NCBI RefSeq assembly: GCF_006345805.1 | Contig: NC_043022.1 | Location: forward strand, 15,934,001-15,998,000 | DNA: 64,000 bases | Reading direction: 5' to 3' | Source: Octopus sinensis | Lineage: Eukaryota | Shown here: one piece after another, positions 39,752 to 52,119 of the stretch | How the letters are laid out: every line of letters begins with the position of its first letter | Position numbering within the stretch: position 1 is the first letter of the stretch | The notes under the pieces: generated by a model | Told to the model about the DNA's origin: nothing | Seen by the model: only the letters and a program-made list of their open reading frames with translations | Databases searched by the model: none | Position numbers and translations under genes: made by a program

Positions 39752-42156
39752 ATGTCCAGCCCGGTTCCTCAGCCAACAGATGTCTCCGAGGGGGACAGCT
39801 CTTCTCTAGAAAAGAGCGACATTGAAGAAAAGAGTGACGTTGAAGAAAAGGGCACCGGCGATGAAAAGAGTGATGCTGACGTGAAGAGTGAAGCTGACGT
39901 GATAAAGAATGATGTCGATGATGAAAAGAGCGATGCTGAGGAAAAGAGCGATGTCGATGAAAAAAGTGATGTGGAGGAAAAAAGTGATGTGGAGGAAAAA
40001 GGTGATGTGGAGGAAAAAAGTGATGTTGAGGAAAAGAGGAAAGTTGATGCTAAAACAGATGTGAAGAAAAAGAGTGAAAGTGTTGTGACTGTGAAAGAAG
40101 AGGTTGATGACAGCGCCAACGAGGAAGACGTGGCTTCGGACGATTTGAAAGAAGAAGTTTCCACTTGCAAAAGCGAATCTTTGAGTAAAAACCTGTTGGC
40201 CGATGAGGGGGATGATGGTTCAAGGTCTATGGCATCAACAGACGAAGCAAAATCTCAGCTGGATTCCAAACCAAATTCAAATTTATCTCGCCAAAAAGAT
40301 GGCATTAGTCCATCTGCTCTTTTAGATGATAATGCAACCACACAGTCGGACAATAACGAAACTGAAGCCAATGAATCTGCTACGGGCCACCGCAGTACGT
40401 CCCCTGACGTCCAGTCGGATTCTGAGAGCAAACAATCGTTTTTTGAGAAGATAGGGCTTCTGGGAGAAGGCATGAAGCTGAAGAAAACCAGTGAGACTCT
40501 CGATAAGAATGTCATGCATCGAGAATATGGCATTTACGATGAGAGCAGCATTCCTGCAGTTGATCTGGATGAGAATGGACTTCCGATCAACCTGGATGAT
40601 ATGAATGATGAGGACCGAGAGAAAGAAGAGGAAAAGATAAAGTTTGCCAAAGAGATTAGTGCACTGCGGCGCATGTTGCTTAGGAAGGGTTTCATTCGTG
40701 GCTCGAAATGGCGTCCGACACCATCGTATATCAAACAGAGAGACTTGTCTTTAAGCGGCAAGAAAGGTTTTGGGAGCTTCTCACTTGACAAAGACCATTC
40801 TGATGATTCCACCCCAGATTCTAGTATGGATGGTTCTTCTCCTTCACGAACTATTTACCGTCCAGACGGCAGTACTTCGGCCAAAATCTATCATGTGGAT
40901 GGTAACACGTCTGCTACGATTTATCGTCCAGATGGCAGCCCCTCAGCTAACATCTACTGTCAGGACGGTGGAACTTCGGCAACTATCTACAGGCAAGGTG
41001 TGTCAAGGAAACGAGGCTTAGTCAGGGAAATGATCAAGCGTTGCCGACCATGTAAAGTTGGTTTAACGGATTTCTTTAAAGAACTCGACATTGATGTTTC
41101 CGAGCTCTCTAAAGATTTTCCTCTTGTCAAGCGCATTAAGGTTATTGACTACAATTCTCAAGCAAACAATCCGCCTAGTGTTGAGCAGGACAGCTACGAA
41201 GGCAGTTTTCTCAGCTTTATCTCCAGTCAGAACGAATCGAATAACACCAACAAAGGCTTCAAACGGACATCTTATTCGAAACAGTGGACAGAAGGCAATG
41301 AAAATCGAACCGTGACCGTTTCCAAACTCCTAATCAATTCCGAAAAGAAGACCGGAGCCACCCCCCCAAGTTACAGCTGTGTTCATTGCCAATATTCATG
41401 TCAGGAAAAAGACTTGATGACAGAACATATTTATGCACATATCACCCAGAAAGTGTTCCGATGCGGTCACTGCAGCACTGACTTCACCACTTTTGGCACA
41501 GCTGCCATCCACCATCAGTCCAGTCACAAATATCTTCCACAGAAAATTGAGAAAACCACTGAAATTAATGAGAAGGAGCATTACCTTGAGATTCGGGAAA
41601 ACGTTTCCGATGACGACGATAGCAAACAAAACGTGACCAGCACCAGCACCACCGCCAGCAGCGGTGGTGGTGCTGGTGGCAGCGGCGGCAGCAGCAACAC
41701 AGCTAAATCAGCTTCCGGTGATGCTAGTTCAACCGATGAAAAGAATTCGAAATCTAACCCTGTCTTTATCTCAGTTGTTGTCAATGGAAACAGCCCAGGT
41801 GGGAAGCAAGGCAACCAAAAGGACGTTGTCGAGGTGCCTGATCGGTTCCAATGTACATACTGCAAATTTTCCACTGATCAGCGCGAGATAATACAGCAGC
41901 ATGTTACTGGTCAGCATCCAGGGGCAGTGCACTACACGTGCACCCTGTGCGATGGACTTGTCTTAACGTCAAAGGCCAATCTTCTTAGTCACTATAACAC
42001 TGTTCACCCGGGAAAAACTATAAAATGCCGGAAGCTGCCTGATTTCACAGACGGCGAAGAACCGCAGACCCCTGTGGACCCTGCAAGCAATCGCTTCAAT
42101 CGTTACCGCAACACTGCGTATGGCAGGGGTGGTATGTATATGCAAGGAAAAACAGG
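39752..42156 (+). CDS. Multi-C2H2 zinc-finger protein, coding exon 1 (acidic EEKSDV repeats, IYxxDG repeats, fingers 1-4)
   Basis: 802-aa ORF from ATG in ctcaccATG context. Strong acceptor (long U-tract + TCAG) ends at 39714. Fingers: YSCVHC..HIYAH, FRCGHC..HHQSSH, FQCTYC..HVTGQH, YTCTLC..HYNTVH. Donor GG|GTAGGT at 42157 is phase 2 and matches the acceptor at 46153. Confidence 0.9.
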
Positions 42157-42783
42157 GTAGGTATTAATTATGATATCTTTTGAAGTTTGTTATGCGTACT
42201 AATGATCACCTGTTACTTTTTTTTTTTTTAGTTAATTAGAATATTTGTTTTGTGTGAAGGTGCATGGCCGAGTGGTTAGGGTGTTGCACTCACGGTTGCT
42301 AGGTTATGGGTTCGATTCGTGGACAGGGCAGTGTGTTGTGCTTTCAAGCAAAACACTTCAATTCATGTTGCTGCAGTCCACTCAGCTGTAAATAGGTCCA
42401 CCCTCTGACAGAATAGCCTTTTGATCAAGGGGGAATGTTGGCCTGCTCACCTGGCCTATGGGGCAGCATCATTTGAAAGCTAAAACAAGGCAAAGTGCAT
42501 TGTGACCAGTGATGTATAACAACATCTGATAGTCTGGTCGGTCCCATGATTGTGTAATTTGTCTTGTATGATTTTACTATGAAGGGCTTTGGCTGAGTGT
42601 TCGGTTCTTCATCATAGAGTTGTGAGGAGTTCAATCCTTGGACCAGCCTCTGTGTATTCTGTCTTTGAGAAAGATATTTAATTTCACATCACTTCAGTTC
42701 TCTCGTTCTGATTCTGTCAGGTCAAGGATGGGAGTGATGACTGACTGGTGGCATGTTGGAGGAGTTCACTTTGTGATCATGAG

Positions 42784-43253
42784 TTTAAACCCTTTCGTTA
42801 CTGTATTTATTTTGAGATGCTCAGTGTTTCTTTCAATTACGTGCAGGTGGTACGTAAAATGCACCAATCCGACCGTGGCCGTTTGCCAGCCTCGCCTGGC
42901 ACCAGTGCAGGTGGCACGTAAAAAGCACCCACTACACTCACGGAGTGGTTGGCGTTAGGAAGGGCATCCAGCTGTAGAAACATTGCCAGATAAGACCGGA
43001 GCCTGGTGCAGCCTTCTGGCTTCCCAGATCCCCGGTCGAACCGTCCAACCCATGCTAGCATGGAGAACGGACGTTAAACGATGACGATGATGATAACAAA
43101 GAATTTAGTAAAATAAAATAGTTATCATTCAGCTAGTGTTAGGAACATAAATTGTGACTAAGATTTGGTGGAAGATTTTTAATTCAGAACTTATGAAAAC
43201 AAGACATTTGTACCCAAAGCCAGATTCAGTTGGGTTGGTAATGAAAGGGTTAA
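42784..43253. mobile_element. TTAA MITE family 1 interrupted by a family C retroposon (42842-43094)
   Basis: The MITE body resumes after the (GAT)n tail and ends GAAAGGGTTAA. Confidence 0.8.
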
Positions 43254-44217
43254 TGGCAAGGGAGTGTCATTCACCTTAGCCTCAAGTCAACCCCAACCCT
43301 CAGTAAAATTGGGTGAAAGGCCATCAGATCGACTGTACCTGTGTGTCACACACTTGCGTTGCACTGATTCTGCCTGAGAATCTCTCTGGTTCTCTGAGAA
43401 TGAATTAAAAATCTTCCATTTAAATTTCTTGCTTATGTTCTAAACACCAACTTAATAATGATAGTTCATCATCATCATCGTTTAACATCCGTTTTCCCTG
43501 CTGGCATGGGTTGGACGGTTTGATCGGATCTTGTGAGCTGTAAGGCCACATCACGCTCCAATGCCAGCTTTGGCATGGGTTCTATAGCGGAATGCTTCAG
43601 TGAGGTTGCAAGAGAGAAAGAAAGGAAGAAAAGCTCCCACTGTTATTTGAGAGAGAGAGGATGGGGGTGGGTAGCTTCACGGCAGGTGTGGAAGGGCTAA
43701 GGTAAGATAAAGGGACAAGCACAGGTGTGTTTTGGCTGAAGGAAATAGAGAAGAAAGGTAGCGATTGGGGTGTTGGAGAAAAGGAGAGGATATGGGGCGT
43801 GGGGAGGGGGTAACAGATGCGTAGAGGTAGGGGGGTAGGGGTGGATATAGGGAACGAGGAACAAGGGTGGAATTAGCAGTTGATTGGAAATATGGGGGTG
43901 GGGTGGGGTGAGGGGTAGAAGTTGCTTGGGATGAAGGCTAGATTGGAAGGTGGTTGGTGGGGGTGCAGGGTGACGTGAAAGGGAGAGATATAAGGGGTTA
44001 TATATATATATATGACAAGAGAGGTGTTAAGAATGGAGTCGGGGGGGGGAAGAAGTGGCTGGAGGCACAAGAAGGAGGTGATAGGTAGAAATGGTGTAAG
44101 CATAGATGATGATACTGAGGAATGGAAGAGATTCCTTGAGATGGGGTCACTGGAAGGGTGGGATGTAATTCTAAATGAATTGAAACATAAGGGTGTCTGT
44201 GGAATACTCAGTCACTA

Positions 44218-44422
44218 AAAGGCGGCAAACTGGCAGAAACGTTAGCACGCCGGGCGAAATGCGTAGCCGTATTTCATCTGCCGTTACGTTCAGAGTTCAA
44301 ATTCCGCCGAGGTCGACTTTGCCTTTCATCCTTTCGGGGTCGATAAATTAAGTACCAGTTATGCACTGGGGTCGACTTAATCCGTTTGTCCTCTCTGTGT
44401 TTAGCCCCTTGTGGGTAGTAAA
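44218..44422 (+). mobile_element. SINE family B in the zinc-finger gene coding intron
   Basis: Full unit. Confidence 0.85.
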
Positions 44423-46153
44423 AAAAAAAAGAAAAAAAACTCAGTCACTAAAATGCTAATTCAGTTGATCCATTTACATTTATGGAAATTGGATAAAATT
44501 TTCTTTACAAATCTCTGTTTATTAATTAAAAATGATGTTCTTAGACCAAAGTTGGTTCTCTTCTCTCTGAACTTTATTCGTAGAAAACATCAATAATTGC
44601 TGTTCAAATTCGTTTATTTGCAAATTTTTAGTGTCTAATCTCCGTAAATAAGAAATCCTTTCAACACACAAAAGCCCTCTTTTCTCTATTTGTGTTAATG
44701 CCACGAGTGTGGTTAACTTCAAGTTGATGTCACTTGAAGCACTGTTGTCGTCGTCCTCCTCCTCCTCCTCTTGTCTTGTGTTCTTTCCTGTTGTCATGGC
44801 TTCGGCTGGTTCCACAATGTCTCCAGTCACATTGTCATCTGACACAACCAACAGAAAACCCGATCTCGAGGGACAGTGAGTCAGTAGAAAGGTCGTCAGA
44901 CAAAAAGGCTTCGGCTGTTTTCTGTGCTCAGCTCCAATTTCACTGAGGTCAACTTTGTTATCATCCTTTCGAGTGAGATAAAAATAAAGTACCACTTGAG
45001 TACTTCGGTTAAGGCTAATGCAATCAACTTCCTTCACCCTTAGAATTGCTGGCCTTGTGCCAAAATTAGACTCAGTGGTGAATGTCCTGATTCTCCTTTT
45101 ACGACCAGTTGCTCTTCCTTTGGCCAACCACTTTACAGCATCTGGACTTCATTCCGGCTCTAGGAAGGTTGACTACAGCAGGACTAAAGAGTCCCCTTTT
45201 TTGACCTTATCTCAGTTACTCTTCTCCTAGACAAGCTTCCACCCTTGCAGGGACTGTGCTTTCTTCATTCATTCCATGGGGAAGGGAGTTTACAACTGGG
45301 TGCTCTTCCTGCTGCCAACAATTTTATTGTACCATTGATACTAATAGGGTTCCTTGCTGGACCCTGATCCAAGACATGTTTATAGTACACCTTGTGATGT
45401 GGTTGGTGAATTGATGGATGCAGCACAGACAGGGCATAGTAATGTCCCTAGTTTGGGAGAAATTGCATATATCGACATGTATGTATGTTTAGTGTTTTTC
45501 CTCAGTGGACTGAGTTCTATCTCTGTTTCGTTAAATGAATTAATTACCCTCTCCCCCCTCCATTATATCCCAGCAGGAATTCATGGAAATTCCGCACGTT
45601 TTATGAATGTTTCTCAATTTTTAGTTTTCTGTGACCTTAATGTGAAAGATTTCCCTTGTGTCCTTGATTTTGTTCCATAGTGAAGGTTGTTTAAAGGGAA
45701 ACATTCGAATAAATATGTTTGTGAGAGTTGGGAGTTGATTTATGATAAAAAGTGTTTCATTTTAGCAGAACAATCCTTTATAGGCAGATATACCTCCATC
45801 CTGAGCTTAGACTGTTCATCAGCCACCTGTCTGTGGAATTGGTAGTCTAGATGTGCTAATAAAGAAACTTGTGTGTGTGTGTATAGACACTATATTCTAT
45901 GTTATAGAGCAATGAATGTATAATCCTCTTTGTTATAACTACGCTTTGTGACACAGCATCTCAGTTTTATTAATTTACGATTTAAGAATATATAAATTCA
46001 TTTAAATTATTAAAATCACTATTTTTATTTCTGCTCCAACTTTGATGTTTCTGGTTCTCTGAAATGTTATTTGAAAATAGACGAGCAGTTGATGCTATTA
46101 ATTAATTACTTTCCCTAATCAAAGGAATAAACTGTCTGATTTTTCTCTTGCAG

Positions 46154-48155
46154 TGGACCATCGAACAGTCCTGGGACGGATATGGGCCTGAAAATAGTGA
46201 ATGTTGTAAGTCTTCATAGTGGCCGCATTTCTGGTCCAACTCGGCGTCCAGGAACCGGTACAAACAATAACTGTATAATACCCCCTGAGGGTTTTGCCGT
46301 TCCCGTTTTGTTGAATGCCAAAACAATGTCTTTAAAATATGCCAGCTCCAGTTCGAACCGCAAGTGTAAGTACCCCGGTGACGACGATCCGCTTATTGGC
46401 CGTTCCATTTACATGTGCAAGAAATGTGGTTGTGAAGCGAAATTCCTCAGCCAGATGCAGGACCACATTATCAATTCCCATTCTGCTTTCTGCATGTACA
46501 CCTGTCCCTACTGTACATTCAAGGGGGAGAAGGAGGCTGACATCTATAAACATATTGGTATCGCTCATCCCGAATGTGACGGAGGTGTGCCTCTTTCATT
46601 CTTCCTTGACCCAGTCTACATCACCAAGTACATAGCTAACATTGAAAAGAATCAACAGACCCGCTACAAAGAGAAGCTTGTCGGCAAATTGTCCCATTAC
46701 AAATGTCGAGTGTGTAGCCAAGAGTATCCTGATGGCATCTCTCTTTTCTTGCATTCCAACCGTGTGCACGATAAAAAACTGTCCTACCACTGTCCGTACT
46801 GCACTGATTTTAATTCCAGTACCTCTAAACCAGCCCGCGAACACATAACCAACTGCCACGACAAAGACGTCAGTAGCGAAGTGGTGTTTGCATTTATCTG
46901 TGATGGCAAGCCTAACCGCAACACCTCATCTGGTGGCCTTATGGTCGAGCCAGTCTTACCTCCATCTCCTGCTCCTAGTCCACCGAAGCCGCCTGAACCG
47001 AAAATAGCTCGGAAAGACGACGACGACGTGGTTATTTTGAAAGATTCCGACCTCAAGTCGCCGACTTCTGTGTCGACATCGTCGTTAGGGCCGTTGAGTG
47101 CTCGAGGCCGGAGTCGGGGTCGACCACCTCGCTCTCAGACCATTTTACTGCGGAACATGTTACAAGCCCGAGCAATTGCGTCTTCGTCATCTTCATCTTC
47201 GTCGACAACTCCTTCCGGCGCTGTCCAACCAATGATGATAGTTGCTAATGCTGCACACCAGGAGAACCAGGGCAACCCTCCAATTGTTATCGATCATCCA
47301 GAACGCACACCGAAACTACTACCTCTGTCAGAGAACAACAGCAGCACAGATCCCTCCGGGGACGGAACTTTAGATATGGACTGCGAAAGTGTAGAAGAAG
47401 ACGACGGCCCAATGGATACAGTTGTAGAAGAGGATTCGGAAACGAGCGTTTCCGAACCCATTACCATTTCTAAATCCGTATCGTTGGGCTTAAAGGGACT
47501 GAAACGGCCAATAAGTAGTCCGTCTCGGACAGCCAGCCAGCACTTGTCGGAGTTAGCCGCCCGGTCAGCAGCCGACCATGCCTCCTCAGACCTCACCCCA
47601 CCTCCAACTTTTGGCATCAAAGTGATTAAAAAAGAAAAAGAACAAGAGATGTACTTGACAACGGATACTGCCTCTCTTCATAACGACCAGGTGGTGCCTG
47701 TCTCCCTGCAGGCAGCACAGGGGGTACTTCCTTTGGACTTATCCTCAACGGGTACCTCAGACCCCGACGACATACCTCCAGACGCATTCAAAGTGTTTAA
47801 CTTGAGTCCATCATCCTCTCAGCTGAGCTCCTACCTTTCATCTTCACCAAATGCATACCCCAGCCCCGTCCCCATTGGCCCCCCCATACAGACTTCGGAG
47901 TTCCCCTCTGCCCACTCGTTGAGCAAGGCTGTACACTCGTCTGAAGACCGATACAGCAAGGAGATCTACAAGTGCGACAAATGCAACTTCAAGACCACAT
48001 ATCGGGCAGCACTGAAGACCCATCACAGCTTCAGACATTCGCAGATCTACAAATGTCCTTATTGCCCGGACAATGTTCCTTTGGATAGTTTTGAAGTTGA
48101 ACCTCACATTAAGCAGCACCATCCTGATGAGAAAATAGCTTATATGCGAATATAA
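46154..48155 (+). CDS. Multi-C2H2 zinc-finger protein, terminal coding exon (fingers 5-10, AT-hook, PLDLS)
   Basis: Acceptor ttttctcttgcag|T at 46153, then the open frame T GGA CCA TCG.. runs into the 657-aa ORF. Fingers: YMCKKC..HIINSH, YTCPYC..HIGIAH, YKCRVC..HSNRVH, YHCPYC..HITNCH, YKCDKC..HHSFRH, YKCPYC..HIKQHH. Joined CDS is 4407 nt (1468 aa + stop). Confidence 0.92.
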
Positions 48156-49009
48156 TGATAATAATAATAATAATAATAATCACTTTATTTATTTGTCTCT
48201 TTGCCCAGAAATTTGTGTTGAATTCCAAAGAACAAAACAAAAAAATAATAATTATAAAAGCATTGAGAAAAAAAATGTAGTATTGGAAATCTGAGGAAAG
48301 GAAGAACTGAAGAAAGACCAAAGTCAAAGAGAAGAACAACTCCAACATTACCATTTAGTGGCTGCTTTCTATATAACATTTTCCTTGAAGCCTGTTTTTG
48401 TTAAAATTTTACAGTTTTTTTTGTTCTTTTATTTTTCTTTTGTTTTTTTCTTCAACACCCATGGATTATCGGATTTAGAACACCGTTCTAGCATTAATAC
48501 ATTTTATTACTTTATTAAAAAGTGGAAAAATATGAAAAAAATACCAAAAAATGGGGGTTAAAATGTGAAATTCAAGAAAAAAAAAATCTTTAAAAAAAAA
48601 AAAACTCATTCACCTAAGAGAATCTAGTTTTAGTAACAGTTGTACATAAATTCTAAACTGGAAAAAAAAAAAAAGGAAAATCCCATAATTCTTGCTGCTA
48701 GCCATTACCAATCCTTGAAATAATATTCTCCATGGTGGACTTGGACACTTTAAGAGAGATTTATCATTTTAGGATTCAAGAAATATCACAATTGAAGTAT
48801 TTTCTTGAAAAAAAAAGAAAAAAATCTACCCCAAACAACAAACCAAAGGTGTTTTTTTTCCCTGTTTGTTTATTTTTTTTTTAATTAAAAAGGGGGACAT
48901 TTACGAACAAACAGTCAATAAAAAGAAGATACTTTTCAAAAATATATCAAAGCGTTTAATCTTATTTGTTTTCCCGTTCACCAATTCTTCCAGCTTCTTC
49001 ACTGTGAAT

Positions 49010-49270
49010 CAGTGGTTCTCAGCCAATTTTTTCACCTCTGGACACCCCCCACCTTGCATTCCTCAAACTCCACAGCCATTCAATGCTTTAAAAAAAACAT
49101 CCATTTATGTTTTTAGAATTAAATAACATTAGGAATTTTAGGGGGAAAATATTGTTAAAATACTTTGTGTCTGACAAGTATTATAACCAGAACATATTGT
49201 GCCTAGATTTTAGCAACAGAATCTTATGTGGACCCCTAAGGGTCATGTGGGCCTCGGTTGAGAACCACTG
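49010..49270. mobile_element. hAT-type MITE (CAGTGGTTCTCA TIR) in or next to the zinc-finger gene 3' UTR
   Basis: CAGTGGTTCTCA ... TGAGAACCACTG is a perfect 12-bp TIR. Flanks CTGTGAAT / ATGGGAAT match 6/8. Eroded relatives lie at about 13663-13851 and 51284-51500. Confidence 0.72.
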
Positions 49271-50578
49271 ATGGGAATAGTTAAGCTTTTGTCTCAGGAT
49301 ATTATTTTGCTGCTCATCTTTGTGTCTAAACATCTTTTCAAAAGTCTTAGAAATAATCTCTCTCGTCTCTGGCATCTTTTAGTTTCTGAATGTATTTTCT
49401 TTTCTTTTCTTTTTTTGTTATCATTATTTTTATTCTATCGAATGTTTCCAAGTCTTGTCTGAGTTTATTGTCGAACACTTTGAACACAGCAGACCCTGGA
49501 GGCAAAACCACAATAGAGGACAGTGAGAAACTGACCGACAGGACTCGCATGCATGCCTCAACATAACATTCATTGCTACTTGCACAATCATAAACTTAAC
49601 CAGACATTGATAAACATACAAAAGACTACATATATATATATAAATACTTACTACACATACAGTTTCATCCATGCCAGTTTAGAAAACTGAACATAAAAGT
49701 AATTGAGGAAATTCTTTTTGTTTTGTTTTGTTTTATGTGTCAAACATCTTATTGGATTTTTTTTTTTTTGTTTTGTATTTGTCTTGTTAACTTTTTTTGT
49801 GGTGAACAAATTTGTTTCATAATCCCATGGTTCTGGGTTCAGTTCCACTGCTGCTCAGCACTTTGGGCTGTTTCACCTCAAACAAACCAAGTCTTTGGGG
49901 TTGACAGAAACTGTACTGAAGCCCTGCAAGTGACCTGTAACTGTGTGTGTGTGCGTGTGTGCTTTAGCAATGTCTAACTTTGTTGCATGCAGCCGGACCT
50001 CTTCTCCAGTCCGATAACGCCTCTCACCTCAGAGCCAAAAGGTTCTTCCTTTTGCACCACCATTCTCAAAGACCCTGCAACAGTCCTGGGCATTGCTAGC
50101 TCGTTTTAGGCCCCTTCCCCTCTGACTGATCCCTAAACAAATAGGTGCAAGTTTGGCCGTGTAATCGTATAGTTGTCCTGCCGCATAGCAGAAGACTTCT
50201 ATGAAAACCTTGGGCTGACCAATGCCTTGTGAGATGGAGAAATGGAAACTGTAGAGAAGCCTATCGTGTATCTGTTTGTGTGACATCCTGCATTTGTTAT
50301 TCAATGTTTACAATATTACCCAGAAACAAAATAAAAAAAAAAAAATAGTGCAACAGACGTAAACAAAATGTGTAGGAAAACGAATAAGAAAAAGAAAAAT
50401 GTGCGGAAATCAACTGGGTGGAGAGTTGGGGTGTAAATCCAAATTTTAAATATTCCTCTGAATATTGAACCTGCATTACTCATTTTATATATTTTCACAT
50501 ACCAAGAAATAAATATGGAGTTATTAAAAAAAAAAAAAAAAAAATTTATTTTAATATCCTTTACACTCCTGCTGCACA

Positions 50579-50683
50579 AAGTTTATCCGATTTTTGACAC
50601 TTTAGAGACATCAGATCTTATGAATCTAATGCCAAGATGAAAATGATCTGATGTCTCTAAAGTGTCAAAAATCGGATAAACTT
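50579..50683. repeat. Perfect 39-bp inverted repeat with a 27-nt loop
   Basis: AAGTTTATCCGATTTTTGACACTTTAGAGACATCAGATC and its exact reverse complement at 50645-50683. Imperfect pairing extends to about 50498-50765. Confidence 0.95.
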
Positions 50684-52119
50684 GTGCAGGAGGGGTACAA
50701 AGGGTATTAAAAAATTTTTTTTTTAATAATTCCTTCTTGAATTGCCCCCTTTCTCTTATTGGTATGCAGAGACATTTGCAGTTTCAGGTCTTCTTTTATT
50801 TCTTTCAGCCATGCTGGGGCAGTGCTTCAAAGGGTTTAGTCGAATAAATTGACCCCAGGACTTTTTCTCTTTAAAGTTTGATACTTACCCTATCAGCCTC
50901 TTGGCTGAACTGTTACGTTACAGGGATGTGAACAAACCAACACCAGGGACAAACTGATATTGTGGCAAGCTGGCAGAATGGTCAACCTTTACTTTCTGAG
51001 TTCAAATTCCATTGAGGTCGACTTTGCATTTCATAATTTCAGGGTCGATAAATTAAGTACCAGTTGCATACTAGGGTCGATCTAACCAACTGCCCCCCCC
51101 CAATTTCAGGCCTTGTGCCTAGAGTAGAAAGCTATGTTCCAAAAGCAATGACCAGAGAAAGATGGGGGCAGGTAAATGTCGGAACCAAAAAGGGAACTCC
51201 CAGATGGAGCTTGAAAATATGAAGGCTAGGGTGGAGAGGAGGAGGCAAGCATGCTGTGCTGGATGTCTACTGTTATTGTACATCAGTGGTTCTCGACCCT
51301 TTTTTTTTTTAACCTAATGACCCATCTGGTTCCTAATTTATTCTAGTGGACCCTCATAAACCATTCAATGTATTTTTAAGAGAAAAAACATCTTATTTTT
51401 ATAATCAAACAAAGAATTGCATAAAAAGGATTCGAATATTTTGTGTATTGTAGAAGCATAAGGGATTTATTACAGTTGAATTCTAAAAGCAAAATCCTCT
51501 GTGGACCCTGATGGCAGACAAATGGGATGATGTGAAGAAAATGGTTGAAGAGAAAATATGATGTGAGATGCAAGGGAGAAGACTGAGTCTGTCTGGAGGA
51601 TGACCACTGGGTGAAGAAGTGGAAGGCAGAAACATGGACAGGATTGGTAGAAAGTTTGACCCCAAGAAGGAAATGACAACAATTGGTGAGATGTTGTACG
51701 ACATTTGAAAACCTATTCAAACCATGAAAGAAGGGGAAAACGTAATGAATATGGAGAGGCTAATGAGAAAAACCTAATTAGAATTATGAAATAAAGAAAA
51801 AAATTATATTAATCAATGACTAATATTTTTCTAATTACTTCATCAAATATTGAAGACTATGTTTCTGCCTTATTCTGACCTCACTAATGTAGTATAGACT
51901 TCTTCATACTTGATACAATAACAATGAGAGACTTGGGGAAACTTGGTCAACAAGAGGAAAATAGAATTGGTCAGATATTAATTCCAACATGATCCACATG
52001 AAAAACAATAATATTTAATAAGTTAGCATTGACATTTAGAGTAAGGAGCATTGAAAAGCTACAAATGATTATAATGAATATTTAATTAGTTCGTTAATAT
52101 AACCACAGGCTTATAATGA

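Noticed and set aside
42132-42137. GTATGT as the main donor of the first coding exon
   Set aside because: It is phase 1 and does not match the phase-2 acceptor at 46153; GTAGGT at 42157 does. Kept only as a possible alternative donor.
44522-45127. 201-aa minus-strand ORF with an EEEEEDDD tract
   Set aside because: It starts in a SINE-like fragment, resembles no protein I know, and its acidic part is the antisense of the + strand poly-Ser candidate exon. It is not excluded, but it is unsupported as a gene.
39769-47620. Antisense and shifted-frame ORFs overlapping the zinc-finger exons
   Set aside because: These are shadows of a long, codon-biased, repetitive CDS.
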